Made by a program: the position numbers and the translations under genes
DNA from: Bugula neritina
Taxonomy: Eukaryota > Animalia > Bryozoa
Length of the DNA stretch: 64,000 nucleotides
Reading direction: 5' to 3'
Assembly (NCBI GenBank): GCA_964035545.1
Contig: OZ037773.1
Location: forward strand, 2,137,751-2,201,750
Shown: piece by piece, positions 1 to 13,392 of the stretch
Numbering within the stretch: position 1 is the first letter of the stretch
Layout: each line of letters begins with the position of its first letter
The notes under the pieces: model-generated
What the model was told of the DNA's origin: nothing
Databases searched by the model: none
Seen by the model: the letters and a program-made list of their open reading frames with translations, nothing else

Positions 1-472
1 ATCGGTTTATTAAAGTAGTGTATAGTGTACTTTAGTTTCTGTTACATAATAAGTTATGGCTCTTGGCTTGAAGTGAGCAAACTATGCATATGCCCATTTT
101 TGAAATTGCTAATGAGAGCATAAGTAACTTCCGGAAACATCAACAATACAGTTTGTGAAATGGAATCCAGTGCATATGGAAAGAGTATATAAACCTCTGG
201 AGAGATGATATTATATAGGCCTAATCAAAGCCTTATACTTCATAGTTACAGGATGTAACTACATACAAATTGCTACCTAAAATTTAAGAGCAGTAAAAAT
301 TAAAAGTATTTAATAGATGCATATAGTAATTTATCAGTTTTTTAAACAAAATATCCGTATGTCAGAATGCAGTCAGCCAAACCATATCATTCTAAAATAC
401 TGTTTTTCATATAACAGTTCAACTGCAATCAATCGCAATATGTCTTTTATTTCTTGCGTTTCATTGCTGCAG

Positions 473-1731
473 GAAATGGAGAAGTTAGTGGATGAAGGTT
501 TAGTTCGAGCTATTGGCCTGTCAAACTGCAACAAGCAGCAAGTACTAAGAATCTATGAGAAGGGAAGAATAAAACCGGCCAATCTGCAAGTCGAATGTCA
601 TGCATGGTTTCCTCAGTATGAAATGGTAGAGTTCTGTCAGCAACGAGGAATATCATTCGCTGCTTATGGACCAATAGGATCACCGGGGAGACCAGCGTGA
701 GACAGAATATTACCAATTCTTTCTTTCTTTACAAAATCCAATAAATGATTACCTAAGCTTTCACTTTGGTTGACAAAAAGGAATCTTTCTATAAGCAGTT
801 AGTTTCGGGTTGAGGTGACTAATTGCAATAGTTTGGGGTTCTTGAGTTTGGAGTTTGGGTTTTCGTTGGAAATTTGAACTCCCAACTCCAAACTTGGATC
901 CTAAGCTACTGCACTCAGTCACCCTCAACTTGGGGCTGCCTATAGATAACTTCGAGAAATTCGTGTCTACGACATAGCACAAAACTACATCTAAATCTAT
1001 TTTAGTGTGGAGGGTCCAGTAACCGCTCCACTTATGGAGGAGCCAGTGTTGGTAGAACTTGCTGCTAAGCATAAAAGGACTGTAGCCCAAGTTCTACTCC
1101 GTAATCTGATACAGAGAGGAATCATAGTCCTCCCTAAAAGTGTTACACCCGAAAGAATTAAATCTAATCTTCAGGTAAAAGTCATCACATAGTGTGTCTG
1201 GTGGTAAAGGTTGTATATAACAATGATGACAATTAAAAGATATGGTAAGCCTCTCCACCTAAGCACCTGAATGTTTATAGTCCAACATTACCTGATGTGG
1301 TTGAAAAGAGTTACAGAAATCATAAGTGAAGAAAAACATAAGCTATAGCTTATGTACTAACTATTCTATTTACAGATTATGGATTTTGAACTAAGTAAAG
1401 AAGACATGGAGATTGTGAAAGGAGTAAACAAGGAACTGAGGCTGTTTCAGTTCAACTATTATGGCAAGCAAAAGTATGCTTACATACTGTACATAATATA
1501 ATAAACACGGTCTAAGATAAAGTCAATGAACTAAAACTTCAGGGGGTTATAGACTTATAGTTCAACAGATAGGGTGATGTAATGTAACAGCTTAGTATTT
1601 GATAGGCAACTCTGCATACAGAAATTAATAATTTGTATTGTATGGTCATTTGCAGTTTCTCTCATCCATTTTTCCCATGGCCTGAGCTAGCAAAGTCCTA
1701 TCAACCAGGAGAAGGAATGCCCCAGCTATAA
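473..1731 (+). CDS. Aldo-keto reductase (AKR1-like), 3' exons only: 473-696, 1006-1174, 1376-~1473, 1656-1731; 5' part lies left of the window
   Basis: Motifs EMEKLVDEGLVRAIGLSN, PANLQVECH, AYGPIGSP, AQVLLRNLIQRGIIVLPKSVTPERIKSN, DFELSKEDM and C-terminal HPFFPW; GT-AG introns keep frame; TAA at 1729-1731. Confidence 0.93.
779..940. mobile_element. Short interspersed repeat (MITE-like) in the AKR intron; related copies at 41633-41767 and 54926-55018
   Basis: Shared terminal motif GCAGC(C/A)C..GTT(G/A)GGGT(G/C)ACTGAGTGCAGT(A/G)G and AAACTC/AAACCC-rich interior; the 54.9-kb copy shows the motif as an inverted pair. Confidence 0.65.
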
Positions 1732-2182
1732 ACCCTCATGAACACACGCTACGGACTAGGAACTTGAGCTAACCGTCTTGCCACTTATTAATCAGAATAA
1801 GCCCAAACACTGGCTGTAACTATCTAGATGAAGTTGCTGATACTTCTGTATTACTTATATTTGGTATGAGTAGGAATGGCCAGTGTTGTGAATAGTATGT
1901 AGTGCTACAACTGTTATAATATAAAATTTCCCATACACTGTGAGTCATAGAGTGTATTGTGTAAGTAGATTTATATACAGTTGGATGGGATTTGCTCTGC
2001 TTTGTTAGCGAAATATAGTGTTAGATAGTAGCAGACTTTTTATTGTTAGTCAACTTGTTGATAAAAAGCAAAGCCTCACCAAAAGAGCTAAAAATAACAG
2101 CATCTAACTTAAGGTTCTGACCACACTTTTTCACCACTGCAATGCAGAGTCTACATATTTAGTAGGAGTTATCAGCTCTCAC

Positions 2183-3071
2183 CTGCATGCCCTTCGTACA
2201 AATGTAGCGATGTCTTCGTAGTTTGGTGAGAGAACAATGAAGGTAGTGGCTCTGGCAGGTCCACAAAAGCAATAGCAGCAGCAATTGCTATCTAGATGTT
2301 CAAGAAATACAAACCGCATAGAATGCTACTGAAAGTAATTTATTAAATGAATCATTAAATAAATCACAAGCATTGTACTTCATAGAGCGAAAGCTCCAAC
2401 TAAATACAACTTATCTTGAGGCTAATGAATGAACCCATTTCAGAGCAGCTTTAATAAGGGAAATGTTAATTATTACCTTCTTGTATAAAGAATAAAACGG
2501 AATTGTCTTTCTCTTTATCCGTCACCACATAGTGATTGCCAGTACAGGCCCAGTCTAGGAATATAAAAAACACACAAATGAACCTGCTGTAGCTTGGCAG
2601 AAAAGCTGCATGTATAGAGGTCAATGACGGGTCAGTCTAACTGTAGCTGATTGCTCAATCTCTATTATAAGTCATTCTACATCTTGCCATAGAAACTTTA
2701 TAGCAAAAATACTCATGAAACTGAGTGCAAGTTCTCCAAACATATAATAAAATGGTAAGTTATAAGCATAAATAAATAAATGCATGCATCTGTGCATCAT
2801 AGTCTATACAACATAGAAATATTCATATCTCTGTTTAAAACGATAATTGGCGGAGAAAAATGTTAGAAATTTTGATAAAGTTCTTTGTCAAAAATGCTGG
2901 ATAATCATTGTACCAACCATCAAGCTGCTTCTGTTTGTCGAGGGTGATGAGGAGGCCCAAACTTTTTTCTAATAATCCCAAAGCCTCTTCCGCATTCAGA
3001 GGAGTAACATTATTCGTCCATTTTCTTACAATTTGTCCCTTAGCTGGGGACTGTGTTATCTCTTTAGCCAT
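2183..3071 (-). CDS. Phospholipid-scramblase-like gene, N-terminal three exons (3071-2918, 2554-2477, 2291-2183); C-terminal exons not found
   Basis: Exons splice in frame via GT-AG to ...GNHYVVTDKEKDNSVLFFIQEDSNCCCYCFCGPARATTFIVLSPNYEDIATFVRRACR, resembling the PLSCR pattern NxY...(F/Y)xxE(D/E)SxCCxRxCCGPxRxF. Confidence 0.62.
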
Positions 3072-4510
3072 CACTTAGCTGCAAGTCAAAGGCAACACCA
3101 AATAAATGTCTAAACTCTAAAGCTTTACAATCCAAGGCTATATGATAAGATGACACAGAAAGCAATAAGCTTAAAAACCTCAACAACTTTTGTGAGTGCA
3201 AATATACAAATAAATTATCCATACCAGTTTCTGTATAGGACACCAAAAGTGTGTTGGCATTGAGATGAAGGCATCCACAATAATCCTTGCTCCAGTAACC
3301 CACAATGAAGTACCAACAACTGCAAGGATTTTCATATGTCAGCCTTACCAATTTAGAATAAAACTGAGATTCTAATTTCAAAAATCAATATTATCATCTA
3401 TTATATGAAAAGTTGGAGAGCTGTTGAAATTAATGAGATTTAATTACAAAAATGTTGTTGACCTACCAAGGATGCTTGAGAGATGACAGCTCAGCAAATT
3501 CATTTTAATAGTAATTTATTTTAAAAGGTAAACCGCCTGCTGCAGTAGTAACAAAACTAACCTTTGATTTCCACTTGCATGTTCATTACTCTTGCCATGA
3601 GCAAGTCTATAATATTTAAAGATTACTCTAGAAACATGATGAAGAGATTGCATGGCATATTATATATATGAGGGAGAATTCTTCACAACGCTATACTCTC
3701 ATATAAAAAAGAATAACCTTGTTTCAAAATATTTAAAGATGATGTAAAGACTGTTGTCTTTGTATCAGCTACCAACATTACCCCATAGGTATGCTTTCTA
3801 TGTGGAAACCATTGGCAATGTTTAGGTGCAACAGCTCAGATAGTTACTTGATGTTGATCAGATACATTTTTGAATTCTTTTCATGTTGTTGTAAAGTGAG
3901 AAATTGTCATCACTATACCTTCAGGTTTAGGGCAGGTGCAGGGCTTCATACAACTAGACATAATACTAGTTTTAATCATGAAACAAACTCAAACAAGAAA
4001 TTATATCTCTATATATCTAATCCGAATCAGAAAAGCAGACAACTATTGCTCTGCTGTTTTCATTTTCATTTTGTAAAACATGCATTAATAATACGAGTAA
4101 TTTGTTACTTGGCACCATTCTGAAATGTATTTTAAAAACATATAAAAATAATAGATAATGACACACTAGGACCTAGATATGGGTAAAGAGCTAGTAGCCT
4201 ATCACAACTGGCTTATAGAGGTCAGAGGTCAACAAAATATATTCAAACTCAGAACGTAAGTTTGTTAACCAGTTTATAGTACCAAAGGAGACATAGCTAT
4301 AGTTTGAAGCACCAATTGAAGAAATGAAAATCCTCCATTAAAAAATTAGCAAAATAACGAATGTTAATTTCTCACTACTGCACCAACTCTATTGCCAACC
4401 AAGCACTACTCTCGTGTAAAAAATTGCTGTATGAAGTATTGGAAAAACTCTGATATAAAAATAGCTTTCATGAAAAACATGCAAAATGCATGATCAATTA
4501 CAAAACAAGA

Positions 4511-7500
4511 CTAAGGAGTTATAAAAATACTAACAAATATATTAAAACTATAAATATAGACTGATAAATAACAGATAAGTGAAGATGCTGCGTTATCTCC
4601 ACCTGTGATATTAGAGGAATGTACTTTAGGTGGCTGAGAGGTTCCCTGAGTAGATGTGCCAGAACTGAATAGTTTAGTAGCAGTAGTAGAAGTAGTAGAC
4701 GTAGTAGTAGTAGCTGCAACACTCAGCACATCAGAAAGACTGAGATCTCTAGGTGTACACAAGACATCAGATGCGGGGCATTGTATGGTGCCTTTCAACC
4801 CTTCAACCTTCAACACAACAAGTGCTCAAGTATTAAAACTGTACAAACTAATACGTAATGATAATTTTCAATTTATATTAGGCCGGCAAGGTGTGCCCAT
4901 ATTGAAAAGACAACTTCTAAATTTATTTCAGTAGTGTTTTCGGCTATAAGAAAATTGATCTAAAATACAGACTATAATAATATAAGTCCAGCTTCTGATG
5001 CTGCTATGGGTAGGCATGTAAACCAATGCCACCTCTCAACTGCCTAGCCTATTTCTATCAGAAAGCATGTGTGGGTGAGCAGACGCACATTTAGAACCGA
5101 TGAGTTCAGAATGAACTAATGGCTCTACCATTTCTGTGTCGAAGATAGACACACGACCAGGAAATCTGAAAATAACCAAAACCTATAAAAATACCACCAG
5201 GCAACCATCTGGCTCAGCTCTTCTTGGATTCTGGAAACATCTAAGCTTTGTTTCGAACAATCAAGAATGTCGCTGGACTACTAGACCAGCTGGGAAAAGC
5301 CCACAAAATCTTCGATCTAATCAGGTCTAGAAGAACCATCACTTTAGTATCCAAACTAAAGTTTGAGTGTACATAAGCTGTGCTCTCAGCCTACTAATCT
5401 CTGATGCAGAGAGTCAAAACTTTTTTTAACAGCTTCAAATTAGGATTCATTGCAGGTAAAATATGGTAAGACGAAATTACTAATGAGGATTTTTCAGAAT
5501 AACTGGTTCATAACCACTCTGATTTAGATTAAAGTGCTTCCCACCTACGTTGGGCCAAACATGTTCAGAGAATGCCTGCATATCGCATCTCTCGACTCTT
5601 GCTTAATGAGGTGCTGGAGAAAAGGACCAGACGCACTGGAAGGTCACGGCTTAGATTCAAAGATGCCATAAAACAGCATGAAAACTATAATACTGAGCTT
5701 GCTGCCTGGACTATCATATCTGAAGACCTGCCCAGCTACAGATGAAAAGGACATGCTGACTTTCACCATGATAGCAAAGACATTACAGACGTTGACTTAA
5801 GTAGCCACACATTCATAACAAATGCACACCAACCACCGCCATCATTCTGTGGACATGATAATAAAAAGTTTGTGCAAATTAAACATTTTCACTCGTTCGA
5901 ACCGTTTTACAGCTCATTTGTAAATATCGCCAGAATTTGTTTTGCTATAATACCTGCCAAATTTTATATGTCAAGATAATTTAATTTTTATTACGCTTTG
6001 TGTTGTTGTTATTAAATTATTTTAGCATTTGCAAATAGAAATATTTCAATCCACTCAATTTCTAAATTTATACCTTTAGTTGGTAAATTCTTCTTGGTTG
6101 TAGTCTATTAGCTTGTCATGCTAAACTTGAGTCAAACGGAAATATATTGAAATGCTTCTCTGGTAACAGAACACATGGTTGCTGTTCTGTTGAACCCAGT
6201 TAACACGAAATCTTTTGGAATATGAAAATAATCCAGAAATCAGTAATTTTCAGGTTTTAAAACAGAAGAGAACAATTTATGGCAGCTGTACATCATGTGA
6301 TATACACCATGTAGTATAAACTCACCACAATGGTGTGGTTGTGAGGGCAGCTGACCCAAGATCCATTGATGGACACTTGTAGCCCAGTCTGGGTGCACCT
6401 GCGCCTCAAACATGTGGGCTGACTGGTAACAGACTCAGTCTACAACATAAAATACAAAGCACTAAAACTACCCAATATGGAATATAGCATAGTATGTCAT
6501 TTCTTTGTAGTATAACTTGACAATATAACAGCCACATTCAACTTCATAATTACAAGAGAGTACAACATGCAAATCAAGATAACACCTGTTTAGTTTAAGC
6601 AGCTGAAATAGTGTCTAAAGATATCAACTAAGCATGCTTGCCCTCAAATTGTTATTTCTAAAGTTACTAAAACTTCGGCTGACTTAACAAGTTGTGGAAT
6701 AAATAGAAGACCCGAAAAAAATCAACAAAAGAATTTGCAGAAAATTACCGAAGTTGTAATTTAGCATAGTATATAGTATAGTTATATAGTATATATAATT
6801 TTAGAGCATGTATTAAAATAAAACGTAATTCTAACTTATCTTAACGAGCTAGCAACTTCATTAAAATAAACTATATAAATTATTGAATAAATAAAAAAAT
6901 TTTTCTTGTTTATTTTTAGTTCCTACTTATTAAATTGTGATATTATTAATTCTAATCTAAAATCAAACAGAAAGTAAAATAAAACAGGAAGTACACAAAC
7001 CTCGTGCAGACTAGACACAAAACATCTGCATTCCTGACAGAACTCCTCTAAACCGTCTGTGACAGGTCTGGGTGTAAAACAATCCCCCTGAGGGTCAGGT
7101 TTGTAGTATCGGCACATGGCTACTCTAGACTCGGTTGGTGTACACACCCCCTTGTGGAGGTGCAAATAATGGCATCCAGATTCCCCACTACAACATTGTT
7201 TTTTTCTGTAGGAAAACAGAGCTAAAAAGATCAACATCATTTAATGCCAGCTTGTTTCCATTTAAAAATTGTGTACGCATATTGAAGAGAAAAAAATTGT
7301 GCAGCACAACCAGAGCATAGTTTACTCAAAACCAAATCAGTTTATAATTATACAACAAAGTAATTTTTGCAAGAATCTACTGCAATAATTGTTCTCCACG
7401 CCTCCATATGCAGCATTGTTTCAGCTCTGCAACTGCCTAATTACACCTATGCAAGTGAATATTTGAAAGCAAAGACACTAAAAAAAATATGAATTCATCA

Positions 7501-10500
7501 ACTTAATTTCTGTAGCAAGGCATAACCTAACAGCTGCATAATTTTTCTTCGTTTATATTTTATATAATAAAACCAAGTCATCACTAGAAGATGTATTTAA
7601 CACAACCAGCCAATAGAAATAATTGTAGCTTGCATTAACGTGAACTTTGTTAGATTCATACAAGCTTAGAGGAGTAGAAAAGTGGAGGCCAGGCCACTCT
7701 TCTACTCCTCTGTTCAAAGAACACACTATATTCTATTAAATGTGTATTTTATGCTTGAATGAAAAGACAACTCCGACACTGAAAGGTCTGGCCCATAATA
7801 GGCAGTTTTCATACTGAGATGTTTGAAGATGATACCTAATACTCGGACAGTTAGGAAACACTGATACACCATTCCAGTATCTAGCTACACTGGATTTGCT
7901 TCCACTATCATTTAACAATTTAAAGACAAATATCTGTACAAATGCATTTACAGTTTATATAGAAAACCAAATGTGATTGGATGATTACCTCTAAATATTT
8001 GGTAACTTCAGTTACACCAGAGTAATACTTAAAGGAAAAAATGCTTCAGTAAAAAAGACACTTTCATAACAGACATATTAAACTCCTCCCATTTATTAAA
8101 CTCCTCCCACTCACACTACAATTCCCATTACCACTGAAGTGTAACACAAACCACATAATTCCCATTACCACACGGTGACATATTAAACACCTCCTATTGA
8201 TTAAACTTTTCTCACTCACACTACACTACTAGTTTTCTTGTGAGAAACAATTCAACACTAACACAAACTACTCCCTTCACATGACAAAAATAAACAGCAT
8301 GCTCTAGAGTCTAGCCTATAGGTGGAGCTGCTGCCAGGTAAATGAGAAATACCTTTGCTGACAGAGAAACCTGTCCTGGAGTTCACCATTGACAACCTTT
8401 TGACAGTAGTTTACGGGGTGAGCAAAGTTACAGCCAGAGTTCTTGCCCCACAACAAAGGTTGGGTGAGGTTGTCGGACACGAGGTACCATCCTGTATCCT
8501 TAAACCACGAGACGGTCATATTGTCCAACACCTGCATGTATGGCTGTAACATATGAAATATAAACACCTGTATGTATGGCTGTAACATATGAAATATAAA
8601 CAACTGTATGTATGGCTGTAACATATGAAATATAAACAACTGTATGTGGAATTTCATGCAACAATACCTTTGAATCAGAATACAAGAAAAATGACTATTT
8701 TTTCTAAATTTAAATTAAAATGAAAAACTTGGAAAATATTAAAAAATATTGTCATGTATATGGAAACACATAAACAGTGACAAGTTGGTGAAATAACGTT
8801 ATTCACAACTTGACCAATTCTTACAGATGAAAATGCACCGGGTATAACATAGAAAATAGGATCATTCACGCAGTACTTACTTTTATAACAAAACATGATG
8901 CTTACTTTACCAGAGAATGGTACTTACGGCTATAATAACGAATAATACTTACCTCTTTAACAAAGGGGGACATAAGTGACCCCATCATAGAAGTCCACGT
9001 CCAATGGTCTCCGGGAATGGGGTTCTGACGGGCCTGAAATCCATTATACAAGACAATCACAAGTTTAGTAAATGAGTCGCTAAAATACCCAGTGGGAGTT
9101 GCCCGCCTTTTTAAAGAACAATGACAAATTTAAAACAAAATAAAATTTAAAATAAATATATTACAAAATCCAATGCAAAATATAGTGCAGGCTTGATATA
9201 TTAAATAAACTAAACTAAATGAAAAAGTTTTTTTTTCAAAAAGTCAGTTTTGAAAATTAAAATGACAATGGACTTTGAGAAAGAACTCTTGGTAATCACT
9301 TATGATTGCAAAACAATTTGTAGTTTCATCATCTGCTTGATTATGCTGGAAATATCGTTAATTTATGTGGGAGTTGTTTGAAAAACAGCTTATACTAAGA
9401 GTACGACTACAACTGTCTCAACATATAAAACAGTTTAGAGCCCCATTAATTTACAATAAGAAAATCAAAGTTCGAATTTCTTCAATCCAAGAACATACGT
9501 GAGTTGCAAAACATGTACCAAAATACAAATATCGTATTGCTTTAGACACAAACAAAGCAGCAAATGCAAGTATTTTTATAAAACAGTACAAATTGACTTT
9601 AGGTTCTAACAGAATGGTTGTATATTGTACACAACAGCCAGAGCTACTAGCGGAGGAACGTACAGGGTTGGGTGATGCATGGACAGACCATACCGGCCCG
9701 TCATCAGGAGCCGTGTCACAGCCGAGGTGATGCTGCCAAGCCGTCAGCGCGTGAGTACTCTTTATTTCATACCTGTAGTCTGTAACATGTACAAGAGAAA
9801 ATAACTCTTGAAATACTCTGAAACAAACATGGATAGGTAAACAGGAAAAGGAAACACGCTCTCACAGGATATATAATGGTGACTCATACCGCTTTCAGAT
9901 AGGGAGTTGTCTCTCAACACATGCCATGGAAATTTATAGGAATCTGTGTAGTAGTCACTAAGAAACTTGCAGTCTAGCTGCCGGTTTGTGATCTCACAAC
10001 TCTGAATGAAGAGGTTGAGGCTGGACCCAAGGAAGCCCATTGAATGTAAAATCTCGTGGAAAATAGTCTACAAGTACACTGGTGATACACGGCGTGCACA
10101 TCGAAATAGTTTGCTGGAAGTTGTTCGAACATAAATAACTAGTATATTGTTTAACTATATTGTAGTGTATTGTAGATGTAAAACTGTGTTACTGTATTGT
10201 AGATGTATTGCTGTACTATGTAGATGTACAACTGTGTTACTGTATTGTAGATGTATAACTGTATTGCTTTACTGTGGATGTATAACTGTATTACTGTAAT
10301 ATGTAGATGTATAACTTTAGGCTAGCCACCAGCTACTGGCCAATAATATTATGTAATATATTCTATAATGTTCTGTGTATAATATATTGAAGAGGCTTAC
10401 ATCTTTGAGCTTAGCCTTAGAAACTGAGCTGAATCCATAAGGACACATATTGAGGAAGGAGGCTATAGGTCTCCCAAACTGATCTCTTTTGCATATTTTA

Positions 10501-12652
10501 GCAAAGCCTAAAATCCCAGCATTTTGGACATTCTGTAAAAGACAAGACAACTTCATGTTACAGTCTGCCATTTCATATCACCAAACTTAACTCAATCAGG
10601 TACGTGTAGTGTATCTAGACTTAGTACTGATGTATAGTATACCATTGAGCTCTACACATAGAGGCGTAGAATAATATAGTATGGGTTGAACGTACACAGT
10701 AGTCTAGAGACTTAGCGCTGACGTATAGTACAATATCTGTGTCGTTGAGTCCAGCCCCTCCTGGTATGTCTACTGTGTACTCTGTCTCACTGCTGTATAT
10801 CCTGAACTCTGCCATGTGCTCTGCAGGAATCTGTATGAATACATGACATGTACTACAGCCCTACTCTATCAGATGGCTATATAGAACTCAGTCTACCAGA
10901 TGGCTATATAGAACCCAGGCTATACAGGATGTGGGTTAGGGTGGTTACCTGGAAGCCCTCTCTCACTCCGCAGTCTTCACTCACAACTACGTTGGACCAC
11001 TTCTGGCCGCAGAGTCGCACACTGGACTGGAGGGGATTCTCACACAGTTTGGAGTAATCATACTCCAGCTTCAGAGTATCAGAGACAGGAAACACTGAAT
11101 AACAGAGTCAATGTGTCGCTATTTCAACATTACAGTGTATCAGACTACTGTGAGTTAACTGTGGGAGTGAAGTAAAGCTCAGCAACAGTCTACTGTAAGA
11201 ATATCATGAAGTGTGAATATAATATGAAAGTCTGTAATCCAATTCCCGTTAGGCAGTTAGCGCCATTAATTTTTACATAACATAATCACAGAAAAAATGC
11301 TCTCTGGTTATTTATTACATGTCAACCTTTAGCCATCAGATATCTGATCAACTGGTAAGTACTAATTTGTATAGGGAGAAAACAGGTTAAAGTTCGATCT
11401 CTGTTGCCCTGAGTCTGTCTTGGGAACAAACAGACAGTTTGATCTCGGGACAATCATTCACAGAAAATACCAGAATTTTCTGGTCTGAGTAGCTCAAACA
11501 CCAACAAAGTAAAAAAGCAAACTGTCGGTGAAAAATCACATTGCATCATCAAGTAGCAAAAATAAATATGAATACCTACTAGTGAAAATAATTTCTACTA
11601 GTGCCATTAGTATTTTTGTTGCATAGTATAATTCATCTTTATCAATTGTCAGAAGTGGAAGATGGTGTATCATCGTATTACACGGCAACAAGGTTGTAAT
11701 AAGCTGCTGAAGTTTGCAGTTTTAGAGTAATGAGAAGACAACTTAATAAGAATTAACTGTATTTTCACACAAATAATGAAACGTTAGCCATGAAAGATAG
11801 GTAACTCAAGATTTGGTAGTCAAATTTCTCAGCATGTTGTGCTTGCATAAGAAGAATCACAAAATTTAAAAGACAAAGTAATGAAGAAAAAAATCTTGAG
11901 CAAAGACGGTTTCAGTTGAATTGAAGAAACATAGAGTACTGTTAACATCACCACAGCGAGTTAAAACGATATGAACTATAACCATTATATGAAGGTGATG
12001 GACTGTGAGTGTTATTCAAATAGTAGAAACAATCTGAATTGTATAATCTCTTATTAGCCTACAGAAATAATATATTGGAAACGTCAGAACTGATATAAAA
12101 GATAATACATTAAAAAGCTGACCTTGAAGTAGTTGTCTGATCAGGTCAAGGCCATCAGATATAAGCTCTCTGTACAGGTCTTGTGATGAGACATCTGGAA
12201 GATGATGAGCTAAATCAACTTCATGAACATGGATTCTGATTGGACGAAACCAGCTGTGAAGGGGTGCAGCTCTACTACTCAGTGGGCCAGGTGGAATGAC
12301 ATAACTGGAATAAATTAATAAGTAATTCATTCAATTCGATTATAAGTCAAACTTGTGTTGCTATAGTACTGGCAGAATTCGACAAAATACTTTGGCGTGC
12401 TAAGTTAACCACTTTTTATAGAAAGACTTTAGATCTTTTTCGAAAAACTTGACGATCAAAGTTTTTTGTAAAGTGGTTTAGGAAAATATTAAATAACAGA
12501 AGAAGTAGTGATGTTGAGCACTGTGTTTAAACAAAACAACTTGACCTGTTGAAATCAAGTTACTATTCAAATAATACAAACCTGACTTGAGTGTAGTCAT
12601 CTAGAGCAGTGCAAAGGCAAATGGTGTTGATCAGGATGACAGCCAATATCAT
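4511..12652 (-). CDS. Leishmanolysin-family (peptidase M8) metalloprotease, CIROP/LMLN2-like; multi-exon, with signal peptide, Ser/Thr-rich stalk and GPI-type hydrophobic C-terminus
   Basis: Signal-like MILAVILINTICLCTA (ATG 12652); CKRDQFGRPIASFLNMCP; zinc motif TIFHEILHSMGF (~10040-10066); GDHWTWTSMMGSLMSP; FKDTGWY...LLWGKNSGC; Cys-rich C-terminal exons; last exon ends at 4511. Confidence 0.88.
5280..5850 (+). mobile_element. Decayed RTE-clade LINE 3' fragment in an intron of the M8 peptidase gene
   Basis: Relic peptides FSIQTKV*VYISCALSLL and LRWAKHVQRMPAYRISRLLLNEVLEKRTRRTGRSRLRFKD, typical of the RTE ORF C-terminus; stops and frameshifts present. Confidence 0.8.
8531..8647. repeat. 36-bp tandem repeat (~3.2 copies) spanning a splice acceptor of the M8 peptidase gene
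   Basis: Unit CTGTATGTATGGCTGTAACATATGAAATATAAACA(A/C). Confidence 0.92.
10155..10316. repeat. Degenerate intronic minisatellite
   Basis: Repeated CTGTATTGTAGATGTATAACTGT-like units. Confidence 0.8.
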
Positions 12653-13392
12653 ATTTTATCATCCAACTGTTGCTTTAGAGCTCCATGATTATGTAAAGGT
12701 CATAACTGAAACAGTATAAAAAAACTTTCTTTTTATAACATAGCTAAAAAGTAAGAAAATAATTGAGATGATCAATATAAATATGGCTGTAATATAATAA
12801 TAATTAACTTATTTAATTTATTATATATACTATTAGAATAACATAAAGTTTAACCAGTTTTCATTTAAACTGAAAAATTATTCAATTTACAGTGAACCTA
12901 TTTATTTCTATACAATTGATAATTTTAAACTCAATTTAAAGTATTGAACTATAAAAATAATATTATGAAATCTAAAAATAATACTAATATCAATAAGTAA
13001 GAATTATCAATATCATAATTACTATGATTATGGTGATACTGATAGTGATATTAATACATATTAATTTATTATTATAAAATGTAATATAAAATTCAATATT
13101 ATAATGATAATCAATTAATATTATATTATTACTATCATTATCATTGACATTTTCATTATTTATGCCTATGGTTTGAACAATTTCAGTGTAATAGTAATAT
13201 TATTATTAATAGTAACAATAATAATAATTTAATCATAATTATTAATATTATTTATTTATAATTTAAATTAATATCATTAATAATATTACACTGAAATTAG
13301 TAATAACAGATAACAGTTACAAAACATTATTATAAAAACTAAAAAAAACCATGAGCTTCTAGCTATAGCAATTGCTATTATCATCATGATTA

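Noticed and set aside
2624-2660. ATGACGGGTCAGTCTAA as a SECIS element in the AKR 3' region
   Set aside because: No correctly placed 3' GA, and no in-frame TGA in the visible AKR exons.
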